45,082 nt of DNA from an uncultured Prolixibacteraceae bacterium (lineage in GTDB: Bacteria > Bacteroidota > Bacteroidia > Bacteroidales > Prolixibacteraceae). Shown here piece after piece: positions 29,283 through 40,157 of the stretch (position 1 is its first letter; each line of letters starts with the position of its first letter). Location: the NCBI GenBank assembly GCA_964443445.1, contig CAYUEI010000001.1:1-45082 (forward strand), written 5' to 3'. Under the pieces are notes generated by a model. It had not been told where the DNA came from. It worked only from the letters and a program-made list of their open reading frames with translations, and did no database searches. Made by a program: the position numbers and the translations under genes.

Positions 29283-29876
29283 ATGAAAAAGTTACCTTTA
29301 ATCCTTAGCATTATATCACTTACCGGTGTAATTGTGCTGGCAGTTTTGTACTTCATAAATAATTCAAACGGTACTTCGAACGGTAAATCAAATAATGGAA
29401 GTGGATCAAGTGAAATTAAAATTGCCTATATACAAACTGATTCTGTTCTTGTCAATTATAATCTGGCTATTGATTTGCATAAAGACTATATGAGTCAGCA
29501 ACAACAATATAATTCTGAATTTGGCAGGAAAAGGGAATCATTGGAAAGACAGGCAGCTGCATTCCAGGAAAAGTTGCAAAGGGGAGGCTTCCTTAATGAA
29601 GAAAGAGCAATGAATGAACGTGATAAAATCCTTGGACAGGAAGAAGAAATAAGAAGGATGGATTATGAGCTTTCAAATAAGCTGGGGCAAATGGAAGCTG
29701 CAATAAATCAAAGATTAGCAGATAGTATTGTTTCTTATGTCAAGGAATATAATAAGAAGCATGATTATACATACATATTGAGCAACAGCGGTAATATTGT
29801 TGTTGGTGATCAGAAATATAATATTACAAAGGATATCCTCGAAGGTTTAAATTCCCGCTATTCATCATTAAAATAA
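29283..29876 (+). CDS. OmpH/Skp-family periplasmic chaperone
   Basis: 197 aa with an N-terminal anchor/signal. Q/E/R-rich coiled-coil arms (QQQQYNSEFGRKRESLERQAAAFQEKLQRG). Typical N-terminal IAYIQTDSVL and C-terminal ITKDILEGLN. Confidence 0.8.
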   Translation: MKKLPLILSIISLTGVIVLAVLYFINNSNGTSNGKSNNGSGSSEIKIAYIQTDSVLVNYNLAIDLHKDYMSQQQQYNSEFGRKRESLERQAAAFQEKLQRGGFLNEERAMNERDKILGQEEEIRRMDYELSNKLGQMEAAINQRLADSIVSYVKEYNKKHDYTYILSNSGNIVVGDQKYNITKDILEGLNSRYSSLK

Positions 29877-29897
29877 TATTATTTGAAATATCTCAAG

Positions 29898-29927
29898 ACC
29901 GTGTTCCATAAAGACACGGTTTTTTTA
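29898..29927 (+). terminator. Rho-independent terminator after ompH
   Basis: accgtgt (29898-29904) pairs with acacggt (29914-29920), with a 9-nt loop, followed by T7 (29921-29927). Confidence 0.7.
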
Positions 29928-29938
29928 TTTTTAGTTGA

Positions 29939-31189
29939 ATGGGTTTTGCTGATAACTATATTGAAAAAACAGGAGGAGCTTATTTCTTTAATCCTCCTGA
30001 ATTTCCTACCTGTAATATGGCAATAGTAATTCCTTGCTACGATGAACAGAATATATCACAAACAATATTTTCATTATATAATTGTGAGAATCCCGGATGT
30101 AATGTTGCTTTGTTTATAATTATCAACAGTAGTAGTGATTCTGATGAAAAGGTAGTTGCTCAAAATGAAATTTCATATAATGAGATAAATGAGCTTTCAG
30201 CGAAATCGCCTCAATGGCTTTATGTTTATGTTTTGAACATAATAGATATGCCTGCAAGGAATGCAGGAGTAGGGTGGGCAAGGAAAATCGGAATGGATAT
30301 GGCTATTGTTCATTTTAACAAGTCAGAAAATAAAAACGGAATTATCATTTCCCTTGATGCAGACACTTTAGTAGAAAACAATTACCTTATTTCTATAAGG
30401 AATTTCTATGAAAACAATCGCGAAAGTATAGCTGCTTCCATTTATTTTGAACATCCATTAAATGAGGCGTATACCAACCATGCGATTGTAATGTATGAGT
30501 TATACATGCGTTATTACAAAAATGCTCTGACAGCTTCAGGATTTCCTAATTCAATATACTCTGTTGGATCTTGCTTTTCTGTTTTGGCAAGTGCGTATGT
30601 TTCTCAGGGTGGAATGAATAGACGAAAAGCAGGTGAAGATTTCTATTTTCTCAATAAGCTTCATTCTTACGGAAATATCGGAGAGATAAATACTTCAACT
30701 GTATATCCTTCATCAAGAGTTTCGGACAGAGTGCCTTTTGGAACAGGGCAAGTTGTTAAAAGGTTGTCTTCCGAAGGGAGTAGAGTTTTAAATACATATG
30801 CATTTGATTCATTTTTAGTTCTAAGAAATATTTTCTTATCTGTTGATATTATATATGAAAACAAAAAGATTGAACCTGTAATATTGAACAGTGTTTTAAA
30901 TGAGTTTATTAGATTAAACGGTATTGCTCCTAAGATATCTGATCTGGTTTCTAATTGTAGCAATATTTGTATTTTCAGAAAAAGATTCTTCCATGTTTTT
31001 GATTCATTTGTAATCTTAAAATGGCTTAACTTTGCTGCTGAAAACGGATATAATAAATTAGCTATTACTAATGAATGTCTTAAACTATTTTGTTTTTGTA
31101 ATGTTAATATTGAGGTTGAAAATAAAGAACCTCATGATTTATTGCAGATATTCAGGAAATTGGACAGAGGATTAATTAATAAATATTGA
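29939..31189 (+). CDS. Glycosyltransferase family 2-like protein
   Basis: 416 aa. GT-A N-terminus AIVIPCYDE, DxD-like SLDADT, and a later GEDFYF motif. Confidence 0.7.
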   Translation: MGFADNYIEKTGGAYFFNPPEFPTCNMAIVIPCYDEQNISQTIFSLYNCENPGCNVALFIIINSSSDSDEKVVAQNEISYNEINELSAKSPQWLYVYVLNIIDMPARNAGVGWARKIGMDMAIVHFNKSENKNGIIISLDADTLVENNYLISIRNFYENNRESIAASIYFEHPLNEAYTNHAIVMYELYMRYYKNALTASGFPNSIYSVGSCFSVLASAYVSQGGMNRRKAGEDFYFLNKLHSYGNIGEINTSTVYPSSRVSDRVPFGTGQVVKRLSSEGSRVLNTYAFDSFLVLRNIFLSVDIIYENKKIEPVILNSVLNEFIRLNGIAPKISDLVSNCSNICIFRKRFFHVFDSFVILKWLNFAAENGYNKLAITNECLKLFCFCNVNIEVENKEPHDLLQIFRKLDRGLINKY

Positions 31190-31191
31190 TT

Positions 31192-31392
31192 ATGGAATTT
31201 TTAAAGTTGATTGTTATCGTTATCGTATTGTTGGGGATGGCTGTTTTTGGACTGGCAATTCAGATTATTTTCAAGAAGACACATAAGTTTCCTAATATAC
31301 ATATTAGTAAGAATAAAAAGATGAGAGAGCATGGTGTAACCTGTGCACAAAGCTGGGATAAGAGCGAGCAGATGAGGGCTGGTTCAAATTAA
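31192..31392 (+). CDS. Small single-pass membrane protein (66 aa), unknown function
   Basis: ATG 31192 lies 2 nt after the GT2 stop (the track's TTG at 31186 overlaps that stop). One TM (LKLIVIVIVLLGMAVFGLAIQIIF), then a basic tail with a single Cys (HGVTCAQSWD). Confidence 0.5.
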   Translation: MEFLKLIVIVIVLLGMAVFGLAIQIIFKKTHKFPNIHISKNKKMREHGVTCAQSWDKSEQMRAGSN

Positions 31393-32525
31393 ATTGACTG
31401 TAGCTTAATTTTTAAGATTAAAGGATTTCTTTCTTTATTTACTGTTTCAGATAACTCATCAAAAATAGGTGGAATGTTTTCAATACCTGAACTGAATAAT
31501 TGTCTGAATTTTCTAGGAGCTACTAAGAATATGAGTTCATTATTATCAGTCAAAGCCTGAGCTTTATCGAAAGCACCAATGCCCGCATTTTCGTTGTAGC
31601 TGTAAGTTATTTTCTTGTTCTTATCGTAAATAATATGATACATTTCTTTCTGATTTTCACCTGTGAAGTTTAGAAAGAAATATGCAAAGTCTTTGTTTTC
31701 AAGATATTTCTTAATAGTATAATACCCTGCATGATTAATAAGCCTGTATGAATCGTATGCCTCAAGCATGTGATAGTTGGGTAGAAGATTCTTATTTCCG
31801 TAATTGAATACAAACTTTTCAGTAATGTTGTTATTATTGCTGATAAGATAAGTTGTATTGCCTAATAATTCCCACATGTAAGTACCTTCATCAGTTGTAT
31901 AAAAAGAATAACCTTCTGTAGGTGTGCATTTTGAAACAAGCCTTAGCCTTTTATCAATTGTTTTACCGTTTTTATCTGTTATTAGAAGCCTATATTGAGT
32001 TTCCTTATTGTTCCATCCAGTGTAAATCAAATAACTACCTTCTTTTGTTCTTGTGAAATCAGAAGGATTTAGTGCAAGTTTTATTTTATCGAGTTTATTA
32101 CCTTCATAAGTAAATCTTTGAATCGATGATTCTTCAAAATTGTACAATTCAACAAGTTTATTGAAGTGATTTACATTAAATTTTGCAGGATTTGTCAGTA
32201 TAATCTTATTTGAATTCTGTAAAGAAGTATCCTGTGCTGTAATGGTATTTAAAAGAGTACCTTCTTCGTCAAATCTATATACAGACTGTGTAAATTTATT
32301 ATCAAGAATGAAATAATTGTTGTCGTAATACTTCATTTCCATATCTTGAGATATCATTCCTATTTTAGTAATTTGTAGGTGAGTAAAGCTTACTTCACTG
32401 ATCAAAGGACTTTCAATGATGTCAATTAATGGCTGCTGTAATAACGATATTTCAACCTGCCCCTTCACTACAAATATGTTTATTACGAGGAGCAACGAAA
32501 CAGATATCTTTTTAATTATTTCCAT
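31389..32525 (-). CDS. Secreted protein, possibly 6-bladed beta-propeller (BF3164-like) family
   Basis: 378 aa with a signal peptide. Repetitive beta-rich Y/N/T-rich composition that resembles Bacteroidales propeller paralog families. The family call is from memory only. Confidence 0.45.
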   Translation of the reverse strand: MEIIKKISVSLLLVINIFVVKGQVEISLLQQPLIDIIESPLISEVSFTHLQITKIGMISQDMEMKYYDNNYFILDNKFTQSVYRFDEEGTLLNTITAQDTSLQNSNKIILTNPAKFNVNHFNKLVELYNFEESSIQRFTYEGNKLDKIKLALNPSDFTRTKEGSYLIYTGWNNKETQYRLLITDKNGKTIDKRLRLVSKCTPTEGYSFYTTDEGTYMWELLGNTTYLISNNNNITEKFVFNYGNKNLLPNYHMLEAYDSYRLINHAGYYTIKKYLENKDFAYFFLNFTGENQKEMYHIIYDKNKKITYSYNENAGIGAFDKAQALTDNNELIFLVAPRKFRQLFSSGIENIPPIFDELSETVNKERNPLILKIKLQSI

Positions 32526-32605
32526 TACTTTATCTTTTGAGTTTCTTAGATCAATTTGTTATAGAATCAGTCAATTATCAAAAAGGATGCCAGATGTATT
32601 AAACG

Positions 32606-33610
32606 TTATTTTTCAATGTATTTTTCAAATCCTTTAGTAAATTTTATTTGATTGTTGCCTTCTTCATCTGAATAAATAAGCATTATCTCAATTCCCGGAA
32701 CCTTTGAGCTCATTTCTAATGTTTTTTCTACTCCCAGCACCATACATGCTGTAGCATAGGCATCGGCAGTCATGCAGTCATCCGCAATAATTGATGCGCT
32801 AAGAAGATTATGATCTACAGGATAGCCGGTATGAGGGTTTATAGTATGAGCGTACTTTTTACCATTTTCAATGTAAAAGTTTCGGTAGTTACCTGAAGTT
32901 GCAATTGCTTTATCAGGGAGAAAAATAATAGCTTCCAATTCAGAAGGGGTGATTGGTTCATTATCTTTTGGCTTGTTTATTCCAATCCTCCAAACTTTAC
33001 CTTCTTTATTAATTCCTCTTGCAACTACTTCTCCTCCGATTTCAACCATATAGTTTTTACACCCCATACTCCTTAAATAATCGCCTGCAACATCTACTGC
33101 ATATCCTTTGGCAATAGCACTGAAATCGAGCATTGTTCTGGGGTCATCTTTTATAATGATATTGTTTTCAATCTTTACTTTCTGATAGCCTACAAAATTT
33201 AAAATGCTGTCGATTAATGACGAAGTAACGTTTTCTTTTGTCTTAAAACCAAATCCCCAAGCATTAACCAGTGGAGCAACAGTAACGTCAAAAGCTCCTT
33301 CGGATATTTCAGAAACTTCAATTGCTTTATTGAATACCTTAGTAAAATAATTGTCCAGTACTACATCTTCATTACGGTTGACCTTCGATAAAACTGATTC
33401 CTTATTGAATGTAGATACTGATCTGTCGAGGATATTGAGCTCTTTTTCGATTCCATCTTTCAAATCATTGCCATCCGGACTTTCATAAGTAATATGGTAG
33501 ATTGTACCATAAATGAATCCTTCGTTTGAAATGTATTTACTATTGGTTTTCTTGGTATTGCAGGAAAATAATATTAGCATTACTAATATCGGGAAAGAAA
33601 TTCTTATCAT
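32606..33610 (-). CDS. apbE: FAD:protein FMN transferase (flavin transferase ApbE)
   Basis: 334 aa lipoprotein signal (LILFSC). ApbE motifs AFDVTVAPLVNAWGFG, DFSAIAKGYAVD, AIATSGNYRNF, HTINPHTGYP. Confidence 0.9.
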   Translation of the reverse strand: MIRISFPILVMLILFSCNTKKTNSKYISNEGFIYGTIYHITYESPDGNDLKDGIEKELNILDRSVSTFNKESVLSKVNRNEDVVLDNYFTKVFNKAIEVSEISEGAFDVTVAPLVNAWGFGFKTKENVTSSLIDSILNFVGYQKVKIENNIIIKDDPRTMLDFSAIAKGYAVDVAGDYLRSMGCKNYMVEIGGEVVARGINKEGKVWRIGINKPKDNEPITPSELEAIIFLPDKAIATSGNYRNFYIENGKKYAHTINPHTGYPVDHNLLSASIIADDCMTADAYATACMVLGVEKTLEMSSKVPGIEIMLIYSDEEGNNQIKFTKGFEKYIEK

Positions 33611-33635
33611 AAATCCGATTGTGTATGAGTAATTT

Positions 33636-35024
33636 TTATATGCTTCTTCTGATTCTTTGCATTGCTTCTTTGGCAGTCATTTCTCCCTGAATAACTTCAG
33701 TATAAAATATTGGAGTATCAGCATTCTTTTCATTAAGGACCCATGAGCTGCTTGCATAATATCTGTATGTGTTTAACCCATATACGTTTTGGACATTAAA
33801 AGAAAAATTCTCAAATTGATCTGCCCCGAATGATACTCCGGTAAGGTTTCCTTTTATACCGGTTGGGCATTTTGTATATCTTACCCACATTTCTGACATT
33901 GCAGGCTTATTCATATCGAGAAGAAATTTGATTGCTTCTTCCTTATGAGGTGCATTTTTCAATACTGCCCACATAACCTGATATCCTCCCGGATAAACTG
34001 ATGTTTTATTGAATACAGGGAACTCAGTTGGCATGCAGTTATTAATTTTATTATCATCAATTGCCAGCCATATATTATACATCCATGAGCCGTTTACATA
34101 AAACAGGCTTTCTTCATTTATCAGCGATCCTTTTGTCTTGTCCCAGTTTACTTTTCTCCATTCCGGATTTAAAGGTTTGTAAGCTGACATCAATTCCAAA
34201 GCCTCAAGGGTCTTTTCCCATGCACTTAACCTTCTTTCTGAAACCTGTCCTGAAAAGAACTCTTCTGGTCCGCTAAGCAATGAGGAAAACATTTGAATAG
34301 CAATTACCATCGTAGTAGGCCAGTCTACTGATTCGTAAACAGGAGTGATATAGCTTCCGGGATTATTAGTGTTGTAATTATTAACAGCCTTAAGATATCC
34401 AATGAAATCATCTACAGTCATGCCGTATTGTTTCACTTCTATTCCTATTTTCTTAGCGACAGATTTATTGCACCATAGTGCCCAAAACTGACCTTCAACA
34501 TAAGGGCCTGGGATTATACCATTCCATGCTTTCTTCGCTTCATCTGTCAATAGTTCAGGAAGAGTACCATCTCTGAATTCTTTTATTTCGCTGAAATCCA
34601 CAAGATACTTTCTTGGCCAGTCTGGATCTCCGCATTGTTCAAGTATTTCTTGATATTCTCCGTTAACTCTTACAATGTCCCATTCAGGATTTTCTTTTTG
34701 AAGCATCTTTGCAATAAACTTCTGATTACTCTGCAGATCCTCACGATTGTAAAATACTTCCTCCGGGAACTTTAGGTTTATTCTTACCTGCTGATTTCTG
34801 AATTCATAATCACGTACATAATTCCTTACGAGATCTTCTCTTTTACCTTCATTAAGCCAATGGCCTATAAAATTAATAGTTGTCGGTTCAGTTAATTTTG
34901 CGATTGATTTTCCTTCGGCTTCATCATAGTCTTTAGAACAACCGGTAAACACAGGCAATGCAATTATGATAATTATTAAAAAAGAAATCACGAATGATAT
35001 TTTATTGAAATGTGTGCTTTTCAT
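33636..35024 (-). CDS. Extracellular solute-binding lipoprotein (ABC-type SBP fold) with no adjacent permease or ATPase
   Basis: 462 aa. Lipobox VFTGC. SBP family-1-like start (TINFIGHWLNEGKREDLVRNYVRDYEFRNQQVRINLKF) and aromatic-rich body. Confidence 0.65.
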   Translation of the reverse strand: MKSTHFNKISFVISFLIIIIIALPVFTGCSKDYDEAEGKSIAKLTEPTTINFIGHWLNEGKREDLVRNYVRDYEFRNQQVRINLKFPEEVFYNREDLQSNQKFIAKMLQKENPEWDIVRVNGEYQEILEQCGDPDWPRKYLVDFSEIKEFRDGTLPELLTDEAKKAWNGIIPGPYVEGQFWALWCNKSVAKKIGIEVKQYGMTVDDFIGYLKAVNNYNTNNPGSYITPVYESVDWPTTMVIAIQMFSSLLSGPEEFFSGQVSERRLSAWEKTLEALELMSAYKPLNPEWRKVNWDKTKGSLINEESLFYVNGSWMYNIWLAIDDNKINNCMPTEFPVFNKTSVYPGGYQVMWAVLKNAPHKEEAIKFLLDMNKPAMSEMWVRYTKCPTGIKGNLTGVSFGADQFENFSFNVQNVYGLNTYRYYASSSWVLNEKNADTPIFYTEVIQGEMTAKEAMQRIRRSI

Positions 35025-35093
35025 AGACCTTTACTGTTTTTTGTTTTTTTTAACAAAAGAATGAAAGTCTATTATCCTTTTATACCTGAAATG

Positions 35094-36563
35094 TTATTTC
35101 TCAAGTTTGAAGAATAATATACTTTGTTCCAGATCAAGAGCTTCACTCTTCATTATTTCAGAATTCCTTGACATCTCTTCAGCTGTTGCTGTATATTGCT
35201 GAATGACAAGGTTTAATTCCTGAATTGCACTGTTTATTTGAGATGCCCCGTTATTTAACTCATTACTTGACACTGAAATTTCATGTACCAGTTTAGAGGT
35301 CTTTTCAATTTCAGGAGCTATTTTCATCATGAAATCATGAGCATTGGCTGTAATACTAACAGACTTGGCTGAAAGCTTAGTTATCTCATCAGCTGCAATA
35401 CGGCTGTTTTCTGCAAGTCTTCTTACTTCACCTGCAACTACGGCGAAACCTCGTCCCTGTTCTCCTGCTCTTGCTGCTTCAACAGCAGCATTAAGGGCAA
35501 GAATGTTGGTCTGGAATGCAATATCATTCACAATTGAAATCTTCTGAGATATTTCTTTAATATACCTTAAACTTTCTTCTTCTTTTACAATAAGTTCTTT
35601 AATGCCTTCTGCAGCCTGATCTGAAATTTGCCTTGTCTGCATTGCATTTTGATTGCTGTCTTGTATAACAGATGCCATTTCTTCGACAGCTGATGAAACT
35701 TCTTCGGCTGAAGTTGCCTGTTGCATAGAACCACTGGCTACCTTCATCGAAATATTGCTTATTTGAGTACTGCTACCGTTTACTTTACTTGCACCGGAAG
35801 CAATCCTTGTTACAATATCCCTGAGCTTCTGGTTCAGATTATTGATGGCTTCACTTAACATGCCGATTTCATCTTCAGTGTCAACAACCAACATGTCTTT
35901 TGATAGCTTGCCGTTTTGGATGTCTGTGAGCTTCTTTAAAGTCAGGTTTATCTTATTTGTGAAATTTCTGTTGAAAAGGAATATAATTACTGCTGAAGTA
36001 AGTATAATGCATAATAAAGAACCCAGAATAAACATTAACATAATTTCAGCTTTCTGAGCCCTGATTCTGTCCATTTTGGCATAAATAAACAAATGACCAA
36101 GAAATTTTCCGTCATCGAGTCGTAACGGACTTATTGCCACAAAATAATCTTTACCTCCGCTTTCTACATTCATAAATGCGGATTCAGTTATTTCTCTTGA
36201 AAGTTGATCGTAACCTCTCAATACTGGGACATCTTCTCTCGACTTGTCGAAATATTCTTTTTTCAACGAGAAATAAACCTTGCCGTTTGCTCCTATGATT
36301 ATACAATCCTCGATTGTCTCTCCAACAAGATTCTCCATTGTCTCCTTGTCTTCGGTAGTCTCATATCGCAACAAACCTTTTGACATAAGATATGCGGGAG
36401 CTTGAAACTTTTGCTTCAACCCATCTTCAATCTGAGAAGTAAATTTGCTGATATAATAAACACCTAATGCAAGAAGTGCAATAAACTCCGTAATTATAAT
36501 CAGAAGACCGATTTTATAGGATAATTTTTTAAATCTTAGTTTACTCGAAAGCGCAATCATCAC
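35094..36563 (-). CDS. Methyl-accepting chemotaxis protein-type transducer (TM, Cache-like sensor, TM, HAMP, MA signalling domain)
   Basis: Highly conserved MCP hairpin tip [44 protein letters not shown] ([17 protein letters not shown]). Two TM helices flank a domain of about 140 aa. Codon 1 is GTG 36563 and ATG follows at 36560. Confidence 0.9.
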   Translation of the reverse strand: MMIALSSKLRFKKLSYKIGLLIIITEFIALLALGVYYISKFTSQIEDGLKQKFQAPAYLMSKGLLRYETTEDKETMENLVGETIEDCIIIGANGKVYFSLKKEYFDKSREDVPVLRGYDQLSREITESAFMNVESGGKDYFVAISPLRLDDGKFLGHLFIYAKMDRIRAQKAEIMLMFILGSLLCIILTSAVIIFLFNRNFTNKINLTLKKLTDIQNGKLSKDMLVVDTEDEIGMLSEAINNLNQKLRDIVTRIASGASKVNGSSTQISNISMKVASGSMQQATSAEEVSSAVEEMASVIQDSNQNAMQTRQISDQAAEGIKELIVKEEESLRYIKEISQKISIVNDIAFQTNILALNAAVEAARAGEQGRGFAVVAGEVRRLAENSRIAADEITKLSAKSVSITANAHDFMMKIAPEIEKTSKLVHEISVSSNELNNGASQINSAIQELNLVIQQYTATAEEMSRNSEIMKSEALDLEQSILFFKLEK

Positions 36564-36878
36564 AAATAATTTTTAAGTTTATAGCTAGTATGCCTCCAAA
36601 TTACTAAATTTTTGTTGCACTTGATTTTTTTAGTGAATTTTTTTTTCATTTCACTTTTGTTTTGAAACACAAATACTTATGTAAAATCGCTACGTGTTAA
36701 TTTTTAATATTAGACAAAATGTAAAATGCACAAAAAAAAATAACTGATGATTAATTAATTAAACATGAATATATGTAATTATATATTATGGAAATTAATT
36801 AAATATCAGCTATTTTTTGAATTTAAAGCATCAGAAATTCTCTGAGATATTTTCCTGAATTATTTATCTTTTTTTTTA

Positions 36879-38132
36879 TTAATTACCAAAATCATCAAAA
36901 TAAATGTTTTCTTTTTCAACTCCCAGTTCATATAACATTTTATTAACTGCGTTGGTCATAGGGCCCGGTCCGCACATGTAATATTCGATATCTTCAGGAG
37001 CATCATGATTCTTCAGATAATTATCATATATAACCTGATGAATAAACCCTACCGGACCTGTCCAGTTATCTCCCGGTTGAGGATCACTCAGTGCTATTGT
37101 AAACTTGAAGTTTGGAAATTCCTTTTCTATTGCCCTGAAATGATCTTCGTAGAATATTTCCCTTACACTTCTTGCTCCGTACCAGTATGAAACTTTCCTT
37201 CCTGTTTTTACGGTATGGAACAAATGGAATAGATGCGAACGTAAAGGGGCCATGCCTGCTCCTCCACCTATATAAAGCATTTCATTTTGAGTGTCTTGTA
37301 TATGGAATTCACCGTAAGGTCCTGAAATTGTTACTTTATCGCCCGGTTTTCTTGAAAATATGTAAGATGAACATATTCCGGAAGGTACATTTGCCCAGCC
37401 GTTTTTCTGTCTATCCCAAGGCGGAGTGGCTATACGTATGTTAAGCATGACAATATTTCCTTCTGCAGGATGGTTGGCCATTGAGTATGCTCTGTAGGTT
37501 TCAGTAGTATTTTTCATCTTAAGATCCCACAGTTTATATTTATCCCACTCATCACGGAATTTAGGATCAATGTCAAAATCTTTGAAGTCACATTCATACT
37601 TTGGGACATCTATTTGTATATAACCACCTGATTTAAAATTCAATGTTTCTCCTTCAGGAAGTTTTACTACAAATTCCTTGATGAATGTAGCAACATTATT
37701 GTTCGACACAACTTCACATTCCCATTTCTTGATTCCAAGAACTTCTTCCGGAATTTTTATTTTAACATCTTCTCTTACCTTAACCTGACAACCGAGCCTC
37801 CAGTTATCCTGTTGTTCCCTGCGTGAAAAGAAGCTTGTTTCAGTAGGAAGTATCGATCCCCCTCCTTCAACAACCTGACAACGACACATGCCGCATGTTC
37901 CTCCTCCTCCGCAAGCTGAAGGTAGAAATATTCCCTTCTCAGATAAGGTTGATAATAAAGAATTACCCGGATTTACTGTTAACTCTTTTTCTTCGTTTAT
38001 TGTTACCTTCACTTCTCCTGTAGCAGTCAGTTTTGCCCTTGCATATAAAAGCGCCGCTACAAGTATCAGCACGATGACAAGGAAGACTACAACACTAGAA
38101 AGAATTATAAATATAGTTGAACCTAATACCAT
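36879..38132 (-). CDS. nqrF: Na+-translocating NADH:quinone reductase subunit F
   Basis: N-terminal TM, 2Fe-2S ferredoxin motif [15 protein letters not shown] site RAYSMAN, NAD-binding GGGAGMAP. 417 aa. Confidence 0.95.
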   Translation of the reverse strand: MVLGSTIFIILSSVVVFLVIVLILVAALLYARAKLTATGEVKVTINEEKELTVNPGNSLLSTLSEKGIFLPSACGGGGTCGMCRCQVVEGGGSILPTETSFFSRREQQDNWRLGCQVKVREDVKIKIPEEVLGIKKWECEVVSNNNVATFIKEFVVKLPEGETLNFKSGGYIQIDVPKYECDFKDFDIDPKFRDEWDKYKLWDLKMKNTTETYRAYSMANHPAEGNIVMLNIRIATPPWDRQKNGWANVPSGICSSYIFSRKPGDKVTISGPYGEFHIQDTQNEMLYIGGGAGMAPLRSHLFHLFHTVKTGRKVSYWYGARSVREIFYEDHFRAIEKEFPNFKFTIALSDPQPGDNWTGPVGFIHQVIYDNYLKNHDAPEDIEYYMCGPGPMTNAVNKMLYELGVEKENIYFDDFGN

Positions 38133-38147
38133 TGTGTCCTGAATTTA

Positions 38148-38765
38148 TTAAAGGTTAATACCAAGAAAACTCATGAATGCCAAACCCATAAGTCCAGTTA
38201 TTATAAATGTTATTCCAATACCCCTTAATGGTGCAGGGATCTGGTTATATTTCAGCTTTTCACGTATTGCTGCAAGAGATACAATGGCTAAAGCCCATCC
38301 TGTTCCTGAGCCTAAGCCCCAAGCAAATACCTGCCCAATATTTTCATATTCTCTTTGCTCCATGAATAATGATCCTCCAAGTATTGCACAGTTTACTGCA
38401 ATAAGCGGTAAAAATATTCCCAGAGAATTATATAGAGAAGGAGAAAATTTTTCAATTATCATCTCAACAAGTTGAACCATTGCTGCAATTACAGCTATGA
38501 ATATCATAAAGCTGAGAAACGACAAATCAACGCTTGCAAAGCTTGATCCTAGCCATGACAAAGAGCCCGGTTTTAATACATATTTTAGTAAAAGATAGTT
38601 TACCGGCACCGTTATAACCTGAACAAAAATTACAGCTATACCAAGTCCTAGTGATGTCTTTACTGTCTTTGAAACTGCCAGGTATGAACACATACCAAGG
38701 AAGAATGCAAAAATCATGTTGTCGACAAATACCGACTTTATGAATATATTAATCATTTCCTGCAT
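38148..38765 (-). CDS. nqrE: Na+-NQR subunit E
   Basis: 205 aa, six-TM Rnf/Nqr D/E-type protein. Operon position between nqrD and nqrF. Confidence 0.92.
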   Translation of the reverse strand: MQEMINIFIKSVFVDNMIFAFFLGMCSYLAVSKTVKTSLGLGIAVIFVQVITVPVNYLLLKYVLKPGSLSWLGSSFASVDLSFLSFMIFIAVIAAMVQLVEMIIEKFSPSLYNSLGIFLPLIAVNCAILGGSLFMEQREYENIGQVFAWGLGSGTGWALAIVSLAAIREKLKYNQIPAPLRGIGITFIITGLMGLAFMSFLGINL

Positions 38766-38783
38766 ATTCTTTTTGTTTTGATG

Positions 38784-39416
38784 TTATTCTTTTTCAATAA
38801 GCTCTTTCTTATAACTCCTTTGGATCCATATTATGCAGCCTACAAGTATCAATGCCATTGTCGGCATTATCATCATGCCATTATTTACATATCCGGCTTC
38901 ATAAAATGATTGAGGAACAATCTGAAATCCGAGTAATGTTCCCGAACCAAATAATTCTCTTATCGCTGCTACTATTACGAGTATCATTGCATATCCTGCC
39001 CCGTTGCCCACACCATCAATAAATGATGGCCATGGTTTGTTGGCCATAGCAAAGGCTTCAAGCCTTCCCATTATTATACAGTTGGTTATGATTAAACCTA
39101 CATATACTGACAACTGCTTGCTTACATCATATACGAAAGCTTTAAGGAACTGGTCAACCAGAATTACCATCGTTGCAACTATTACAAGCTGAACTATGAT
39201 TCTTATTCTGGATGGAATATAGTTTCTGAGAAGTGATATCACGAGATTGGACAAAGCGGTTACTACCATAACCGAAATACCCATTACTATCGCCGGCTTC
39301 AGCTTCACTGTTACGGCCAAAGCAGAACAGATACCAAGTATTTGAACTGTTACCGGATTCTGCAGATTAAGCGGGCCTGTAAGTAACTTGAAATTTTTTG
39401 AAGATAATACGCTCAT
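38784..39416 (-). CDS. nqrD: Na+-NQR subunit D
   Basis: 210 aa, six-TM. LGICSALAVT motif typical of NqrD/RnfE. Confidence 0.92.
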   Translation of the reverse strand: MSVLSSKNFKLLTGPLNLQNPVTVQILGICSALAVTVKLKPAIVMGISVMVVTALSNLVISLLRNYIPSRIRIIVQLVIVATMVILVDQFLKAFVYDVSKQLSVYVGLIITNCIIMGRLEAFAMANKPWPSFIDGVGNGAGYAMILVIVAAIRELFGSGTLLGFQIVPQSFYEAGYVNNGMMIMPTMALILVGCIIWIQRSYKKELIEKE

Positions 39417-39431
39417 CCTGAAAGTATTTAA

Positions 39432-40136
39432 TTATTGACGATTTTGAATATAAAATGTTTTGTATTGAACAAGACATGTATCAAGCATTGCTTCAAGAGC
39501 TTTTGATGTGATTGTACCCCCCGATATTGCATCTACACCATGTACATCTCCCTCTTTTGCTCCACCTTTTATTACTTTGACAGAAACAAATTCTCCGTTA
39601 TCATCAAATATCTTTTTATCGGTAAAAGGTGCCTGGAATTCATCTGTTGAAATTTCCGCTCCCAATCCCGGAGTTTCTCCCTGATGATCAAAGGTAGCTC
39701 CGTAGATTGTATTCATATCGGGTTTGAATGAGATGTAACCCCATATTGGTCCCCATAATCCTGTGCCCCTTAATGGCATAACGTAAGCATTTGAACCATC
39801 GTCAAGTGTACCTACGTATACAGGTAACTTTCTTTGATCTGCAGGCTTTGAAAGCTCACTTTTCATGTCAATACTGAATGCATCTTCTCCTTCAACCTTT
39901 TCGCCTTTATTGTTGATTACATAACTGTTTGTAACGTACTTAGCATATTTGTCTACAGCATCAATAGCAGTTGCATCTATTCGCATGGATGCAAGTATAT
40001 TCTGCTTCTTTTCAATTTCTATATTCTTATCCTGAAATGGTTTTAACTGCATTGCAGCAGTTGAAAGTAAAAGTGCAACAATCACAACCATCACAGCCGA
40101 GAAAATGAATATGTATGTATTATTAAAATTCTTCAT
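39432..40136 (-). CDS. nqrC: Na+-NQR subunit C (FMN-binding)
   Basis: 234 aa with an N-terminal TM. Covalent-FMN acceptor motif DAISGGTITS. Confidence 0.92.
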   Translation of the reverse strand: MKNFNNTYIFIFSAVMVVIVALLLSTAAMQLKPFQDKNIEIEKKQNILASMRIDATAIDAVDKYAKYVTNSYVINNKGEKVEGEDAFSIDMKSELSKPADQRKLPVYVGTLDDGSNAYVMPLRGTGLWGPIWGYISFKPDMNTIYGATFDHQGETPGLGAEISTDEFQAPFTDKKIFDDNGEFVSVKVIKGGAKEGDVHGVDAISGGTITSKALEAMLDTCLVQYKTFYIQNRQ

Positions 40137-40157
40137 TGCTTTCCGATTTTTATTGTT

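Noticed and set aside
36564-36878. Very AT-rich 315-nt spacer between nqrF and the MCP gene, containing a 29-codon minus-strand ORF (ATG at 36649, MKKKFTKKIKCNKN...).
   Set aside because: The ORF is lysine-rich and low-complexity, derived from A-tracts. No stable secondary structure or repeats were found. It is most simply the MCP promoter plus the nqr terminator region.
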